A DNA stretch of 64,000 nt from Candidatus Sumerlaeaceae bacterium (GCA_051003195.1 JBPCLP010000021.1:32001-96000), one strand, 5' to 3'; positions 1 through 9,250 are shown, numbered from the stretch's first letter. Made by a program: numbers and translations. The notes: generated from the letters alone by a model not told the origin.

Positions 1-2
1 AT

Positions 3-659
3 ATGGGCGGAATTCGCATCGACCGCGATTGCTTCACAAACCTGGAGGGCCTGTTCGCGGCAGGTGAAGATGCGAGCGGAGTTCACGGTGCGAACCGACT
101 CGGTGGCAACGGAGTCGCGGAGTCGACCGTCTTCGGCGCGCGGGCCGGTGAAAGCGCGGCGAACTGGGTGACGTCACAATCTCATGCCGAACTACAGCCC
201 GATCAGGTTGCGCAGGCCCGAGCTTTCGCCGAAGCTTTGCTGGGGAAGCGCGCCGTCGGCGAAAATCCGTTCGTGCTGCGAGACGAGTTCGGCAAGATCA
301 TGTGGGATAATGTCGGCATCGTCCGCAGTGGCGAGAAACTAAACTCCGCGTTACACAGCATCGGCGAACTTAAAAAACGCGCGCAGAACTTCGCTGCTCC
401 CGGCGCCCGCGAATTCAACCTCGGCTGGCAGCAGGCACTCGATATCCACAGCATGCTGACCGCAGCCGAGCTTATTGCCCGAGGCGCCCTGGCCCGCGAG
501 GACAGCCGGGGTGCTCACTACCGAACCGACTTTCCGGAAACGGACAACGACAATTGGCTGAAGAACATCTACCTGCAGCGCGATGGTGAAAGCATCAAGG
601 AGTGGGCTGAAACCGTAAAGCTGACGAAGCTCCAACCGCAGGTGCCCAGCGCGCGTTGA
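3..659 (+). CDS. FAD-dependent oxidoreductase, SdhA/FrdA/NadB family, C-terminal part (5' end outside window)
   Basis: MGGI, GLFAAGE, VHGANRLGGN and REDSRGAHYRTDFP motifs of fumarate reductase/succinate dehydrogenase/aspartate oxidase flavoproteins. Confidence 0.9.
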   Translation: MGGIRIDRDCFTNLEGLFAAGEDASGVHGANRLGGNGVAESTVFGARAGESAANWVTSQSHAELQPDQVAQARAFAEALLGKRAVGENPFVLRDEFGKIMWDNVGIVRSGEKLNSALHSIGELKKRAQNFAAPGAREFNLGWQQALDIHSMLTAAELIARGALAREDSRGAHYRTDFPETDNDNWLKNIYLQRDGESIKEWAETVKLTKLQPQVPSAR

Positions 660-694
660 CGCAAATTATTTTTTCTGTCGCCGCGCTCAATCTT

Positions 695-1180
695 TTACGA
701 AGCACCCCTTCCGGGCCACCATCGCCCGACGCGCCTGCTATAGACCTCATACTCGGCGCCGAATGTTCGTCGCAGCACCGGCTCCTCATAGAACCGCACA
801 AACAGGTGCGTCGTAAGCAGAAAAACCGCGGCATACACCAGAAGGGGCAATGACCCGTAAAACAACGCCGCGCCCGCCATCGCGAATGTTGCACCGAGAT
901 ACATCGGGTTACGCACGATGCGATATGGGCCTCGGATCACCAGTCGCCGCGGAGGATCGAACGGTGCGGGAGTTCCATTTCCCAGCGTCGCGAAAGTCCC
1001 TATGCACCACAGCGCGATGGCCGCGCCTCCCGCCGTAATCACCATGCCTGCGATCTGTGGCAATGCAATAGCTTGCGGTCTGACCGCTCCCGACCACGAC
1101 AAGAGCCGCGCGGGAAAAAATACCAGCACGAACCCGATGAACAGCGCGGCGTAGGTAACGACGCGCAGTAGTAAGAACAT
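695..1180 (-). CDS. Isoprenylcysteine carboxyl methyltransferase/PEMT-family membrane protein
   Basis: GxGTPAPFDPPRRLVIRGPYRIVRNPMY and EEPVLRRTFGAEYEVY motifs; hydrophobic helices. Confidence 0.85.
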   Translation of the reverse strand: MFLLLRVVTYAALFIGFVLVFFPARLLSWSGAVRPQAIALPQIAGMVITAGGAAIALWCIGTFATLGNGTPAPFDPPRRLVIRGPYRIVRNPMYLGATFAMAGAALFYGSLPLLVYAAVFLLTTHLFVRFYEEPVLRRTFGAEYEVYSRRVGRWWPGRGAS

Positions 1181-1234
1181 GGATCTGCTTTTCAGAGTCT
1201 GACGCCGAAGTCACGCGAGATTTGCCGCCCGTTC

Positions 1235-1334
1235 CTGGTGTGCCGTCCCAGAAGTTCATAGCTATACTTCAGGAAGCTTTCGAGCTCGGGCGGCACACAA
1301 AACCAGTGAACGAATTAATGGGACACCACACTGG
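1235..1334 (-). mobile_element. ~100-bp MITE-like element, subfamily A copy 1
   Basis: CTGG at both ends; imperfect terminal inverted repeats GTGTGCCGTCCCAGAAGTTCAT / ACGAATTAATGGGACACCACAC; near-identical copy at 5511-5600. Confidence 0.7.
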
Positions 1335-1369
1335 AATTCCGAATTTCTTATCGATATTGGATACCTAAG

Positions 1370-1469
1370 CTAGAGCGGTCTACCGTTAGTTCGTAATCAG
1401 TTCTGTGTGCCGAATCGAGGTCGAGTCTGCCGTTTGGGCTGGTAAGGTACCACGGATTCGGCACACTGG
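1370..1469 (+). mobile_element. ~100-bp MITE-like element, subfamily B copy 1
   Basis: Starts CTAG, ends GGCACACTGG; aligns end to end with 44250-44348 (about 80% identity by manual alignment); ends 1 bp before ATG 1471. Confidence 0.7.
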
Positions 1470-1470
1470 A

Positions 1471-2430
1471 ATGGCTACGTATCTCGTAACGCGCTGGGGT
1501 GAGAGCCTGGAGAATCCGGAAGATCCACAATTGCGCGCAGCAATTGCGGAACTGGACGCGGACGATCCTGAACATCCCGACTGCTGGTTATCCGACGATG
1601 CCGGCTGGACACTTTCCGCTGTTCAGGGTGGAAGCGTCGTGCTGGAAAACGTGGAAACGGGCGAAGGACCCTGGCACCTGCCGCATGCCAGCCATGATGA
1701 CGTGTTGAACTTGTGGCGTGCTCTTCGGGCGGGGGAACTCGAAGACATCCTCAATCGAAGGTGGTTAGGCGGGGAAGCGATGTACCCCGAACCCTCGCAG
1801 CAGGAGCAGCCGCCGGATGACTTCATCGTTCTCGAAAGGCCGGCGGACAACACGACGCCGGCACGCTTGCTCATAAGGACAGGCAGTGCCATAGTCATTG
1901 CCGCCGCGCTTGTTATCATGGGGCAGTTTGCCTCGTCCCTGCAATGGGGTGTTACATACGGCATCCTCGAAAGCGCAGAGCTGAGCGGCGTCGATATGAA
2001 GGGTCGCGTTTCCTCGCACGGCGGTACACGTGAAGTTGTGTGGCGAAACTATCACCCGGAGGTCGAGTACACGTACCGCGTATCGGGAAATGAGTATTCC
2101 GGCAGCAGCTATGCCGTCGGAAATGTGGATGCGCAGGAGGCCTTAACGCGTCAGCGGGTAGAGAGCCTTAAATCGGCTTACGCCGCTGCAAACCAGATCA
2201 AAATCCATTACCGTCGATCCAATCCGGAAATAAGTGCCATCAAGCTGGCCTTTTCGCTGTTGAGCGTTACAGGAGTTTTGCTCGGGGCCGCCCTTGCCGT
2301 GTTCGGTGTTGCGTTGCGGCAGACAACTAAATTCCGCACCGCGGCGGTCACGGCCTTTGCGCTCGCGTGCACCGGCGCCACTATAGTTACCATCGTCCTG
2401 TGGCTGGGGGGTCACGCAATCGAGTTGTAG
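1471..2430 (+). CDS. Hypothetical protein; acidic N-terminal domain fused to DUF3592-like membrane domain
   Basis: ORF with ATG at 1471; C-terminal half has TM-YHPEVEYTYRVSGNEYSG-...-YRRSNPEIS-TM pattern typical of DUF3592; internal ATG at 1780. Confidence 0.55.
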   Translation: MATYLVTRWGESLENPEDPQLRAAIAELDADDPEHPDCWLSDDAGWTLSAVQGGSVVLENVETGEGPWHLPHASHDDVLNLWRALRAGELEDILNRRWLGGEAMYPEPSQQEQPPDDFIVLERPADNTTPARLLIRTGSAIVIAAALVIMGQFASSLQWGVTYGILESAELSGVDMKGRVSSHGGTREVVWRNYHPEVEYTYRVSGNEYSGSSYAVGNVDAQEALTRQRVESLKSAYAAANQIKIHYRRSNPEISAIKLAFSLLSVTGVLLGAALAVFGVALRQTTKFRTAAVTAFALACTGATIVTIVLWLGGHAIEL

Positions 2431-2573
2431 CGAATAACGTGATGGATCACGTCGACCGTGATCCTTATCCTGGACCTCCCCGAATTTGAGGGGCCAGTAT
2501 GGGGTTCAAATGGGAGGTGCGTTTGCGTGTTAGGCTTGCCTCCGGTGATTTCGTAAAGCATCAAGACCATGCT

Positions 2574-3815
2574 ATGATTCGCTCGGGGTTGAAACCGCTC
2601 ACGGTCGCTCTGCTGCTGGTGACGTGCGTCGCGAGTGCCGAAATCGCCAGGTTTTCGCGCACGATACATGGAACACCCGCGCCGGCGCAGCAGATCGCCC
2701 GCAACCGTTTCCTGGAAATAACGAAGCCCCTCGCCAGGGCGAAGAGCTGCGTGATGGAAATCGTGAGCACGGCGACAGTGCTGCGCGACGGCAGGGAAGA
2801 AACACAACTGGCGCACGGGTGGCTCTATTATCAGCCGCCCGACCGAATGCGCTGGGTGCAGCAATCGAGCGAATCGACGGTGACGCTGATCCGCGCGGGC
2901 GACCAGATGCTGAGCATCGCGCCGCTGCTTAAGGTTCACGCCCAGGACAAGGCCACGCGCCCGCTGGTGGCTGACGTGCAGGAGGTGCTTGGGCCGATCC
3001 ATCCTGCGTTGCCACTGCTGTTCGAGCGCATGCTCGATGACTCCACGATGCAGAAGTTTTTCGAGAGGTTTGAGCAGGCGCCAGGGGACGTGGTGAGTCG
3101 CATTCCAGGCCCGTGTTTTATCGGGCGCAAGGTAGACAGCATCACTTGGATCTATTCCGACAATCGCGCCTATGGACTTCCGGTGCTGATCGAGACACGA
3201 CCGGACGAGCTGAGGCAGCCGACCAGTGAAACAGCCATTCGCTGGCTGCTGGATTCGCCAATTCCCGATACGGCCTTCGCAATCGAGATCCCGCCACTGA
3301 GTCGCATGGTGGGGAAGCTGCCGCCGCAGGTGGTGCGCATCCCAACAGGCGTTGGCTCTGCGCAGTTCGAAGATACCCGCACCGCAAGTGCTGGCGGACG
3401 CGGGTCACTGGGGGTTGCGCCAAACTTCTCGCTGCCTCTGCACAACGGCGGGAACTTTAACCTTGCGGCGCTTCGCGGCAACGTGGTGGTGCTGGATTTC
3501 TTTGCCACGTGGTGTGGTCCGTGCCGCGCGAACATGCCGCACACTGCGCAACTTACACAGGGGCTTGCGTCGCAGGGGGTGGTGTTCGTTCCAGTCAATG
3601 TGGGTGAAAACGTCGGGGCTGTGCAGAAGTTCCTGTCTGAAACCGGGGTGACGGCGAACGTGGCTATGGACACGGCCGAGACGGTGGCGGCCAGGTATAG
3701 CATCCGCGGGTTTCCCACGTACGTGATTATTGATCGGAACGGCTACATACGCGCCAGCCACGCGGGAGGGAGTGACGCAGTGGCCGGGGAGCTGCGCAGC
3801 GCCATGGCTCGCTAA
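2574..3815 (+). CDS. Exported LolA-like (DUF2092-type) domain + TlpA/redoxin thiol-disulfide oxidoreductase
   Basis: Signal peptide; C-terminal VVVLDFFATWCGPC and YSIRGFPTYVIIDRNG; N-terminal QPPDRMRW beta-sheet domain. Confidence 0.75.
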   Translation: MIRSGLKPLTVALLLVTCVASAEIARFSRTIHGTPAPAQQIARNRFLEITKPLARAKSCVMEIVSTATVLRDGREETQLAHGWLYYQPPDRMRWVQQSSESTVTLIRAGDQMLSIAPLLKVHAQDKATRPLVADVQEVLGPIHPALPLLFERMLDDSTMQKFFERFEQAPGDVVSRIPGPCFIGRKVDSITWIYSDNRAYGLPVLIETRPDELRQPTSETAIRWLLDSPIPDTAFAIEIPPLSRMVGKLPPQVVRIPTGVGSAQFEDTRTASAGGRGSLGVAPNFSLPLHNGGNFNLAALRGNVVVLDFFATWCGPCRANMPHTAQLTQGLASQGVVFVPVNVGENVGAVQKFLSETGVTANVAMDTAETVAARYSIRGFPTYVIIDRNGYIRASHAGGSDAVAGELRSAMAR

Positions 3816-3997
3816 AGCCACGCGCCATTCATCGCAGCCACTGTCTCAAACACGATTCTTCCCCTAGAGAATTCCAATAGGTTGTCGCATTAAACTAAGC
3901 CTTGCGCAGCCTCAAACCCGCGTTTTGCATGAATGTTCGACGTCCAGAGGCGTTCCGCGTTTTTGGCAAGAAACCCAACCAAAGGAGAATACAGGTC

Positions 3998-4345
3998 ATG
4001 GTTCCTGCAGGAACTGCTGCGCCCCCGCGACCCGGCAAGAAAGCCGCGGCGCAGAAAAAAGAAACCGCACTGCACTTCGCGGTGCATGGCAAAGAAGACA
4101 TGGTCGGCGTGATGGTTGCCGACGTGAGCGCCGGCCTTGAGTGCGCCGGCTGGAACATGGACACCAATGAGACGATCAAGCTGAAGGCAAACCACGACAT
4201 TCCGCTTGGGCATAAGATAGCCATGCTCGACATCCCGCAGGATAGCACCGTGATCAAATATGGTGTTTCGATTGGCAAGGCGACCTCCGCCATTAAAAAG
4301 GGCGACTGGGTTCACACACATAATCTGAAAACGGCAAGGTGGTAA
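3998..4345 (+). CDS. suyA: (2R)-sulfolactate sulfo-lyase small subunit (SAF domain, UxaA family)
   Basis: AGGAG RBS before ATG 3998; [32 protein letters not shown]; directly upstream of suyB. Confidence 0.85.
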   Translation: MVPAGTAAPPRPGKKAAAQKKETALHFAVHGKEDMVGVMVADVSAGLECAGWNMDTNETIKLKANHDIPLGHKIAMLDIPQDSTVIKYGVSIGKATSAIKKGDWVHTHNLKTARW

Positions 4346-4346
4346 G

Positions 4347-5507
4347 ATGGCCAAGGTAACATTCCAGGGATACCGCCGTGAAAACGGCAAAGTGGGCATC
4401 CGCAACCACGTGGCCATTCTGCCGCTTGATGATCTGTCCAATGCCGCATGCCAGGCCGTGGAGAACAATATTAAAGGCACAATTGCACTGCCGCATGCTT
4501 ATGGCCGACTTCAGTTCGGCGAAGATCTTGAGCTGCTTTTTCGTACGCTGATTGGTACCGGCAGCAATCCCAACATCGCGGCGGTCGTCGTGATCGGCAT
4601 CGAGCCGGACTGGACGCAACACATTGTCGACGGGATCGCCAAGACAGGAAAGCCCGTTGAGGGGCTGGCCATCGAGCGGCACGGCGACATCACGACCATT
4701 GCGGAAGCATCGCGCATTGCGAAGGAGTACGTGCACTGGGCCAGCGAACTCACCCGCGAGACATGCCCTATCGAAGACCTTTACGTCTCGGTAAAGTGCG
4801 GTGAATCCGATACTACATCCGGCCTCGCATCTTGCCCGACGGTTGGTGAAGTGCTGGATCGCCTGCAGGACATGGGAGCGACGATGAGTTTTGGCGAAAC
4901 CTCGGAAATCACTGGTGCGGAAGACATCTGCGCCTCGCGCGCGGCGAACGACAAGGCGCGTGAAGATTACATGCGGATGTTCAACAATTACACGGACATG
5001 ATTACCGCGACCGGTGCGGACCTCCTGGGTTCTCAGCCCACCAAGGGCAACATCCGCGGCGGTTTGACAACCATCGAAGAGAAGGCACTCGGCAATCTGC
5101 AGAAGATCGGCAAGAAGTGCAAGTTTGTGGGATGCCTCGAACCTGCCGAAGCGCCGACGGGCAAGGGCCTCTGGTACATGGATACGTCATCCGCCGCCGC
5201 GGAAGCCGTCACTTTGTGGGCGGCGTCAGGTGCGGTCGTGCACCTGTTCCCTACCGGTCAGGGCAACGTCATCGGCCACCCGATTGAGCCCGTTATCAAG
5301 CTGTCGGCAAACCCGCTCACGTGCGAAACGATGAGCGAGCACATCGACGTCGATGTCTCTGGGCTTCTCCGCCGTGAGATTAATCTCGAGCAGGCGGGCG
5401 ACATGCTTTTCGAAAACATGATCCGCACCTGTAACGGTCGTCTCACGTGTGCCGAAGTTCTTGGCCATCGTGAGTTTGTGATGACGAAGCTGTATCGCAG
5501 CGCCTGA
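4347..5507 (+). CDS. suyB: (2R)-sulfolactate sulfo-lyase large subunit (UxaA/altronate dehydratase family)
   Basis: [47 protein letters not shown] and C-terminal [15 protein letters not shown] match what I recall of SuyB rather than generic UxaA/GarD. Confidence 0.88.
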   Translation: MAKVTFQGYRRENGKVGIRNHVAILPLDDLSNAACQAVENNIKGTIALPHAYGRLQFGEDLELLFRTLIGTGSNPNIAAVVVIGIEPDWTQHIVDGIAKTGKPVEGLAIERHGDITTIAEASRIAKEYVHWASELTRETCPIEDLYVSVKCGESDTTSGLASCPTVGEVLDRLQDMGATMSFGETSEITGAEDICASRAANDKAREDYMRMFNNYTDMITATGADLLGSQPTKGNIRGGLTTIEEKALGNLQKIGKKCKFVGCLEPAEAPTGKGLWYMDTSSAAAEAVTLWAASGAVVHLFPTGQGNVIGHPIEPVIKLSANPLTCETMSEHIDVDVSGLLRREINLEQAGDMLFENMIRTCNGRLTCAEVLGHREFVMTKLYRSA

Positions 5508-5510
5508 TCA

Positions 5511-5600
5511 CGAGTGTGCCGTCCCAGACGTTCATAGCTATACTTTCGAACTCGGACGGCACAAAAAACCGGTGAACGAATTAATGGGACACCACACCAA
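5511..5600 (-). mobile_element. MITE-like element, subfamily A copy 2 (10-bp internal deletion relative to copy 1)
   Basis: GTGTGCCGTCCCAGACGTTCATAGCTATAC...GTGAACGAATTAATGGGACACCACAC; 5 substitutions in the core versus 1235-1334; begins 4 bp after suyB stop. Confidence 0.7.
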
Positions 5601-5609
5601 GCATCTCTG

Positions 5610-5647
5610 AAAATCCCGCGACATCTTCGTCGCGGGATTTTATTTTA
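5610..5647. terminator. Bidirectional intrinsic terminator
   Basis: 13-bp stem AAAATCCCGCGAC-atcttc-GTCGCGGGATTTT followed by ATTTT, between convergent genes. Confidence 0.8.
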
Positions 5648-5675
5648 TGATATCCGTAATTCTCGTGGTTCCAGG

Positions 5676-8600
5676 TTACTCCAGCAATTGCCAGTTACTT
5701 GCTGCGGTTTTCAAAATCCCGACGTTTGTATTCAGGACGAACACACGACCATCCTGCAGACCAACCGCAAGTTTGCCGTCTTTGCCCTCCAGGCACCGGA
5801 ACAGAAACGCGGACGTCTCATCCGGCCGCCAGCTTCCAAGAAAGCTGCTGGTTCCGTTCGAATACATACGGTAGAACTTCACGTTGTAGACGGAGTCGGC
5901 AACGGCCAGTGTGTCATGGTAGACCCACGTGACCGCAGCCACATCAATCGCATCGCGGGCGACCGTGGCGATCCACTGTGGCGCATTGCCTGAAGTCACA
6001 CGGACCAGGTCCGCGCCTTTCGGGCCGCGCGGAACCGCCACCAGATCGACACCATTAAATGCCATTCCTTCGTGTCCCTGCTGGATGGCCGCACGCTGAT
6101 GAAGTTCTTCGGATAGCTGCCCCGCAGCCACCCGATCGACGCCGGTATTGCGGATACCCACCCACGCATCAATAGAATCAGGTATGGTCAGCACGTCGGT
6201 ATAATAATCGGACTGTGGCAGTCCGTATTCCAGTCCTGAGAGCGCGCCACTGCCATCAGCCAGCCTGCGAATTCCATATCCGAACGTAGCGGCCCAGAGG
6301 GAATTTCCGGCCGGCGCGAGGTCGTACACGCCTCCCGATTGTCCGATAAACGTCGCGACGGGAGCATCGTCCATTGCGCTTTCGGCGTAAATACGAGCAC
6401 CCAGGTTCTCCGTGGATTCGACCAGGCGATTGCCCATGAAGAAACTCTGGCCGGCCGGAAAACGCGCCGCACCAACCTGGCGCGTAACCGAGCCGTCGGT
6501 GTTTAGCTGATAGACTCGCGGCTGAAGAGGAATATGCGAAAACGGGACACTCACCGCGACCCGGTCACCGGCGTCGTTGAAGTCGAGCGCGCGCGGCACG
6601 AGCGGATTGCCTGCGCCGTCCTGCACGGTAAACTGGTGCGTAATCTGAAGCGGTATTGTGGATAATGCAGGTACAGCTGTCGAAGAGGTAGTGAAGGAAT
6701 CGATCACCCGGTTCCCACATGGAATAACAGCCCAATCCCCTGGGCCAAGCTGCAACTGAACTGCGCCGCCGGGAAGCAGCGGCAGTTGGCGCTGTGCAAC
6801 GACGTCGTCCAGCGGCCCCGATACGGCTGGCGAGAATTGCAGTTCAAGGGTGTAGGTGCTCCGATCGTGTGCGTTCAACGCCAGGACATATTTATCTCCC
6901 GGCGCCCGTTGCGCCATACTGACGGCAAGCGGAGCCGCGGCTCGCGTATCCAGGTCCGGTGCACCAAGTTCCATTAATAAAGGCCCGATGCGATCCATGA
7001 GGTTATTGAAGGCTCGATACGGGGCGAGTTTCGGTAATTCCTGCAGTGCGGCATTGCGCATTCCGTCGCTATAGGTGAACGGCATCACGCCTTTTGCACC
7101 TGCCACGACTGCAACACCCAGTTGCGCCGAGTGCTCTGTGTTAGGCACTCCGCGAAAATATTCGAAATCGTTCGCTTCGAATGCCTGTGGTACCAGCCAC
7201 ACGTCGCGTCCCAGTGCCGCCAGTGTGTGCACCTGTGAGTTGAGAGTGGAAACCTCCAGTGTTACCCAGCTCGAGTTATCGCGATTGCCGGAATGGAACG
7301 GATAAGGATCCACCATGCCGACCGGAGGCTTCAGGTCATTCAGGGACGCCGCGTCTGTCAGCGCAGGAAGAACTGCAAACGGGAGTCTTAGGTCCGCGGT
7401 TTGTGCGATGGATAAGCTTGCGCGCCTGTTGAGTGCCTGGGCCGCGGTGCCCCCCGGCTCGTCCACCACGTACACGCCTTCGTACATCGGCGAAGTCAAT
7501 ACAGCGGCGAGCAACTGTCGCACGCGCGCAACGTAGTCCGCTTTGCTGAAATAATCCAGCCCCAGGTATTCGCCGAAAAGACTGCGCACCTCCAGCGTCT
7601 GCGGAATGAAAGGCATCCCATATTGCTCCGCGGCCGCACGCACGGCAGGCAACTGATCGGTGCGGCAGAGTGCCATCACGTAATTAAATCCATCCTGCTG
7701 CGCCAGCGCGAACGACTCCGCGATACCCGTTGTCCCAGGATTATTGAAGAAGAAAAGCCACGCACCCCGTGTGAAGCTGCTGCGGCTAAGCGGGGGAATC
7801 TCACTGATGACGGTTTCGACTACGACCTCAAAACCACGTTCGACCTGGATCACCTGGCCGTCGGAACACGTCAAAATGAAACGCGCAGCGCTCTGACCCG
7901 CCGGCGCAGAAGTCGGCTTCCACTCTGCACGAATTGCAGTGCCCAGCAATTCCACGGGCGGGGTTGCAAGTAGCGATCCTGTACTGTCGCGAATCTCAAC
8001 AATCGCGGACGCAAGTTTGCGTGGAATTGCCGCGGTAAGGAACAGGGCGGGGTCGGGACTCGCGGGGCCGACGGTAAAAGTCGTAGGATCGACCCGTGCA
8101 AATCCGCGTTTCAAATCGCGCAAAGTAATGCTGCCCGTGGTCGCTTCGAAGCCCACCTTCGACTGACCATAGCAGAACGTGTTCGGCCGAATCATCTCGG
8201 TGACGAACTCGCCGGTGCCAGGACTTACGGATAAAAGCTGCTCGAGCGTTGCAGTAGTCACCCAGTACGCGGGTGGCAGCCATACGTCGGTTATTTTAAT
8301 GCTTGCTGATGCAGGTGCAGAATAGCGTCCGGCTACAAAATACGTCTGGTCTCGCTTGCTGCTCGCCACCCGCTGCGTAACAGATGCGCCCTGCGGCAGC
8401 GAAATATCGCCCGACAGTTCGCTCGCCCCGTTGATTAACTCCCATGGATCCCCGGGCTCATCTGCGCCTGAGCGAATCTGCTCCGTGTAGAGCGTGATAT
8501 CGTCGTAGCGCATCCACGACTGTGCCGATGCGGCACCGAAATACACCTCCATGCTGCCAGCGCCGCGCGGTGGCTCCAGCGCCGTCCAGAAAAGGCGGTA

Positions 8601-9113
8601 CTCATCCGGCGCATCGTTGGTGAACACGTCGCCGATGTCTCCCAGGTGTGCTCCGCTGCTATTGAAACAGGCACAGCGCACGTACGGCATTTCGAACTTG
8701 AACTCAGACCGCGCATACCCGGCAACGGCGAAAGTCTCATAGGGCGAGCATGGCGGCAGAACAGTCTGGCTCCAGCCGAATAGAAACGACGACCGGACAG
8801 AAGAACTCCCGGTATGGGCTACAGCGGCGTTGTTGTCGGCGTACGCTTCGCGGAAGATATTCCAGTCGACCGGATTTCCAAAGGCGTCCACCTGCTCAAA
8901 TCCAGGGTTTCGGAAACTGGATGTAGCGGTGCTTGTTCGCGGAACAGCGGACGAAGAGGCGGGGCCAGGTTGCAGCATAGTTTTCCCGCCGACCTGGCCC
9001 CGAAGGTTCACAGGAGCTGCCGCCGGCCGCACCATGGGCTGCGCGACGCCGAGCGTTCCCATTAACCAGCCAAGCCCGGCGCCGAAAACAACGATTGTCT
9101 GCGAAACACCCAT
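5676..9113 (-). CDS. Large secreted multidomain protein (CBM-like jelly-roll, glycoside-hydrolase-like barrel, beta-propeller)
   Basis: 1145-aa ORF; hydrophobic N-terminus; FRNPGFE CBM4/9-like start; YVVDEP and VDPYP barrel-like motifs; C-terminal propeller-like repeats; ends TAASNWQLLE. Confidence 0.6.
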   Translation of the reverse strand: MGVSQTIVVFGAGLGWLMGTLGVAQPMVRPAAAPVNLRGQVGGKTMLQPGPASSSAVPRTSTATSSFRNPGFEQVDAFGNPVDWNIFREAYADNNAAVAHTGSSSVRSSFLFGWSQTVLPPCSPYETFAVAGYARSEFKFEMPYVRCACFNSSGAHLGDIGDVFTNDAPDEYRLFWTALEPPRGAGSMEVYFGAASAQSWMRYDDITLYTEQIRSGADEPGDPWELINGASELSGDISLPQGASVTQRVASSKRDQTYFVAGRYSAPASASIKITDVWLPPAYWVTTATLEQLLSVSPGTGEFVTEMIRPNTFCYGQSKVGFEATTGSITLRDLKRGFARVDPTTFTVGPASPDPALFLTAAIPRKLASAIVEIRDSTGSLLATPPVELLGTAIRAEWKPTSAPAGQSAARFILTCSDGQVIQVERGFEVVVETVISEIPPLSRSSFTRGAWLFFFNNPGTTGIAESFALAQQDGFNYVMALCRTDQLPAVRAAAEQYGMPFIPQTLEVRSLFGEYLGLDYFSKADYVARVRQLLAAVLTSPMYEGVYVVDEPGGTAAQALNRRASLSIAQTADLRLPFAVLPALTDAASLNDLKPPVGMVDPYPFHSGNRDNSSWVTLEVSTLNSQVHTLAALGRDVWLVPQAFEANDFEYFRGVPNTEHSAQLGVAVVAGAKGVMPFTYSDGMRNAALQELPKLAPYRAFNNLMDRIGPLLMELGAPDLDTRAAAPLAVSMAQRAPGDKYVLALNAHDRSTYTLELQFSPAVSGPLDDVVAQRQLPLLPGGAVQLQLGPGDWAVIPCGNRVIDSFTTSSTAVPALSTIPLQITHQFTVQDGAGNPLVPRALDFNDAGDRVAVSVPFSHIPLQPRVYQLNTDGSVTRQVGAARFPAGQSFFMGNRLVESTENLGARIYAESAMDDAPVATFIGQSGGVYDLAPAGNSLWAATFGYGIRRLADGSGALSGLEYGLPQSDYYTDVLTIPDSIDAWVGIRNTGVDRVAAGQLSEELHQRAAIQQGHEGMAFNGVDLVAVPRGPKGADLVRVTSGNAPQWIATVARDAIDVAAVTWVYHDTLAVADSVYNVKFYRMYSNGTSSFLGSWRPDETSAFLFRCLEGKDGKLAVGLQDGRVFVLNTNVGILKTAASNWQLLE

Positions 9114-9250
9114 GATCTAAATACGTACACCCGCAGGAAGCGAACCAACCACAAGATTGAATCTCAGAAATGAGGATTTAGTGGAAGTAGTACGTTCAGC
9201 CGCCGCACATCCCCTTGCCTTCGGGCAACTCGCCTCTACACCAGTGACAA

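Noticed and set aside
1235..1469. Integron attC interpretation of the ~100-bp elements
   Set aside because: They lack RYYYAAC/GTTRRRY core sites, there is no cassette array and no integrase; ends are CTAG-like
3937..3944. TCGACGTC shared upstream of suyA and the hydro-lyase operon (15434-15441) as a common operator
   Set aside because: An 8-mer that also occurs in coding sequence in this GC-rich DNA; expected by chance
3998..5507. Annotation as altronate or galactarate dehydratase (uxaA/garD)
   Set aside because: Split SAF + large subunit layout and specific motifs ([20 protein letters not shown] end) fit SuyAB better; no uronate pathway genes nearby
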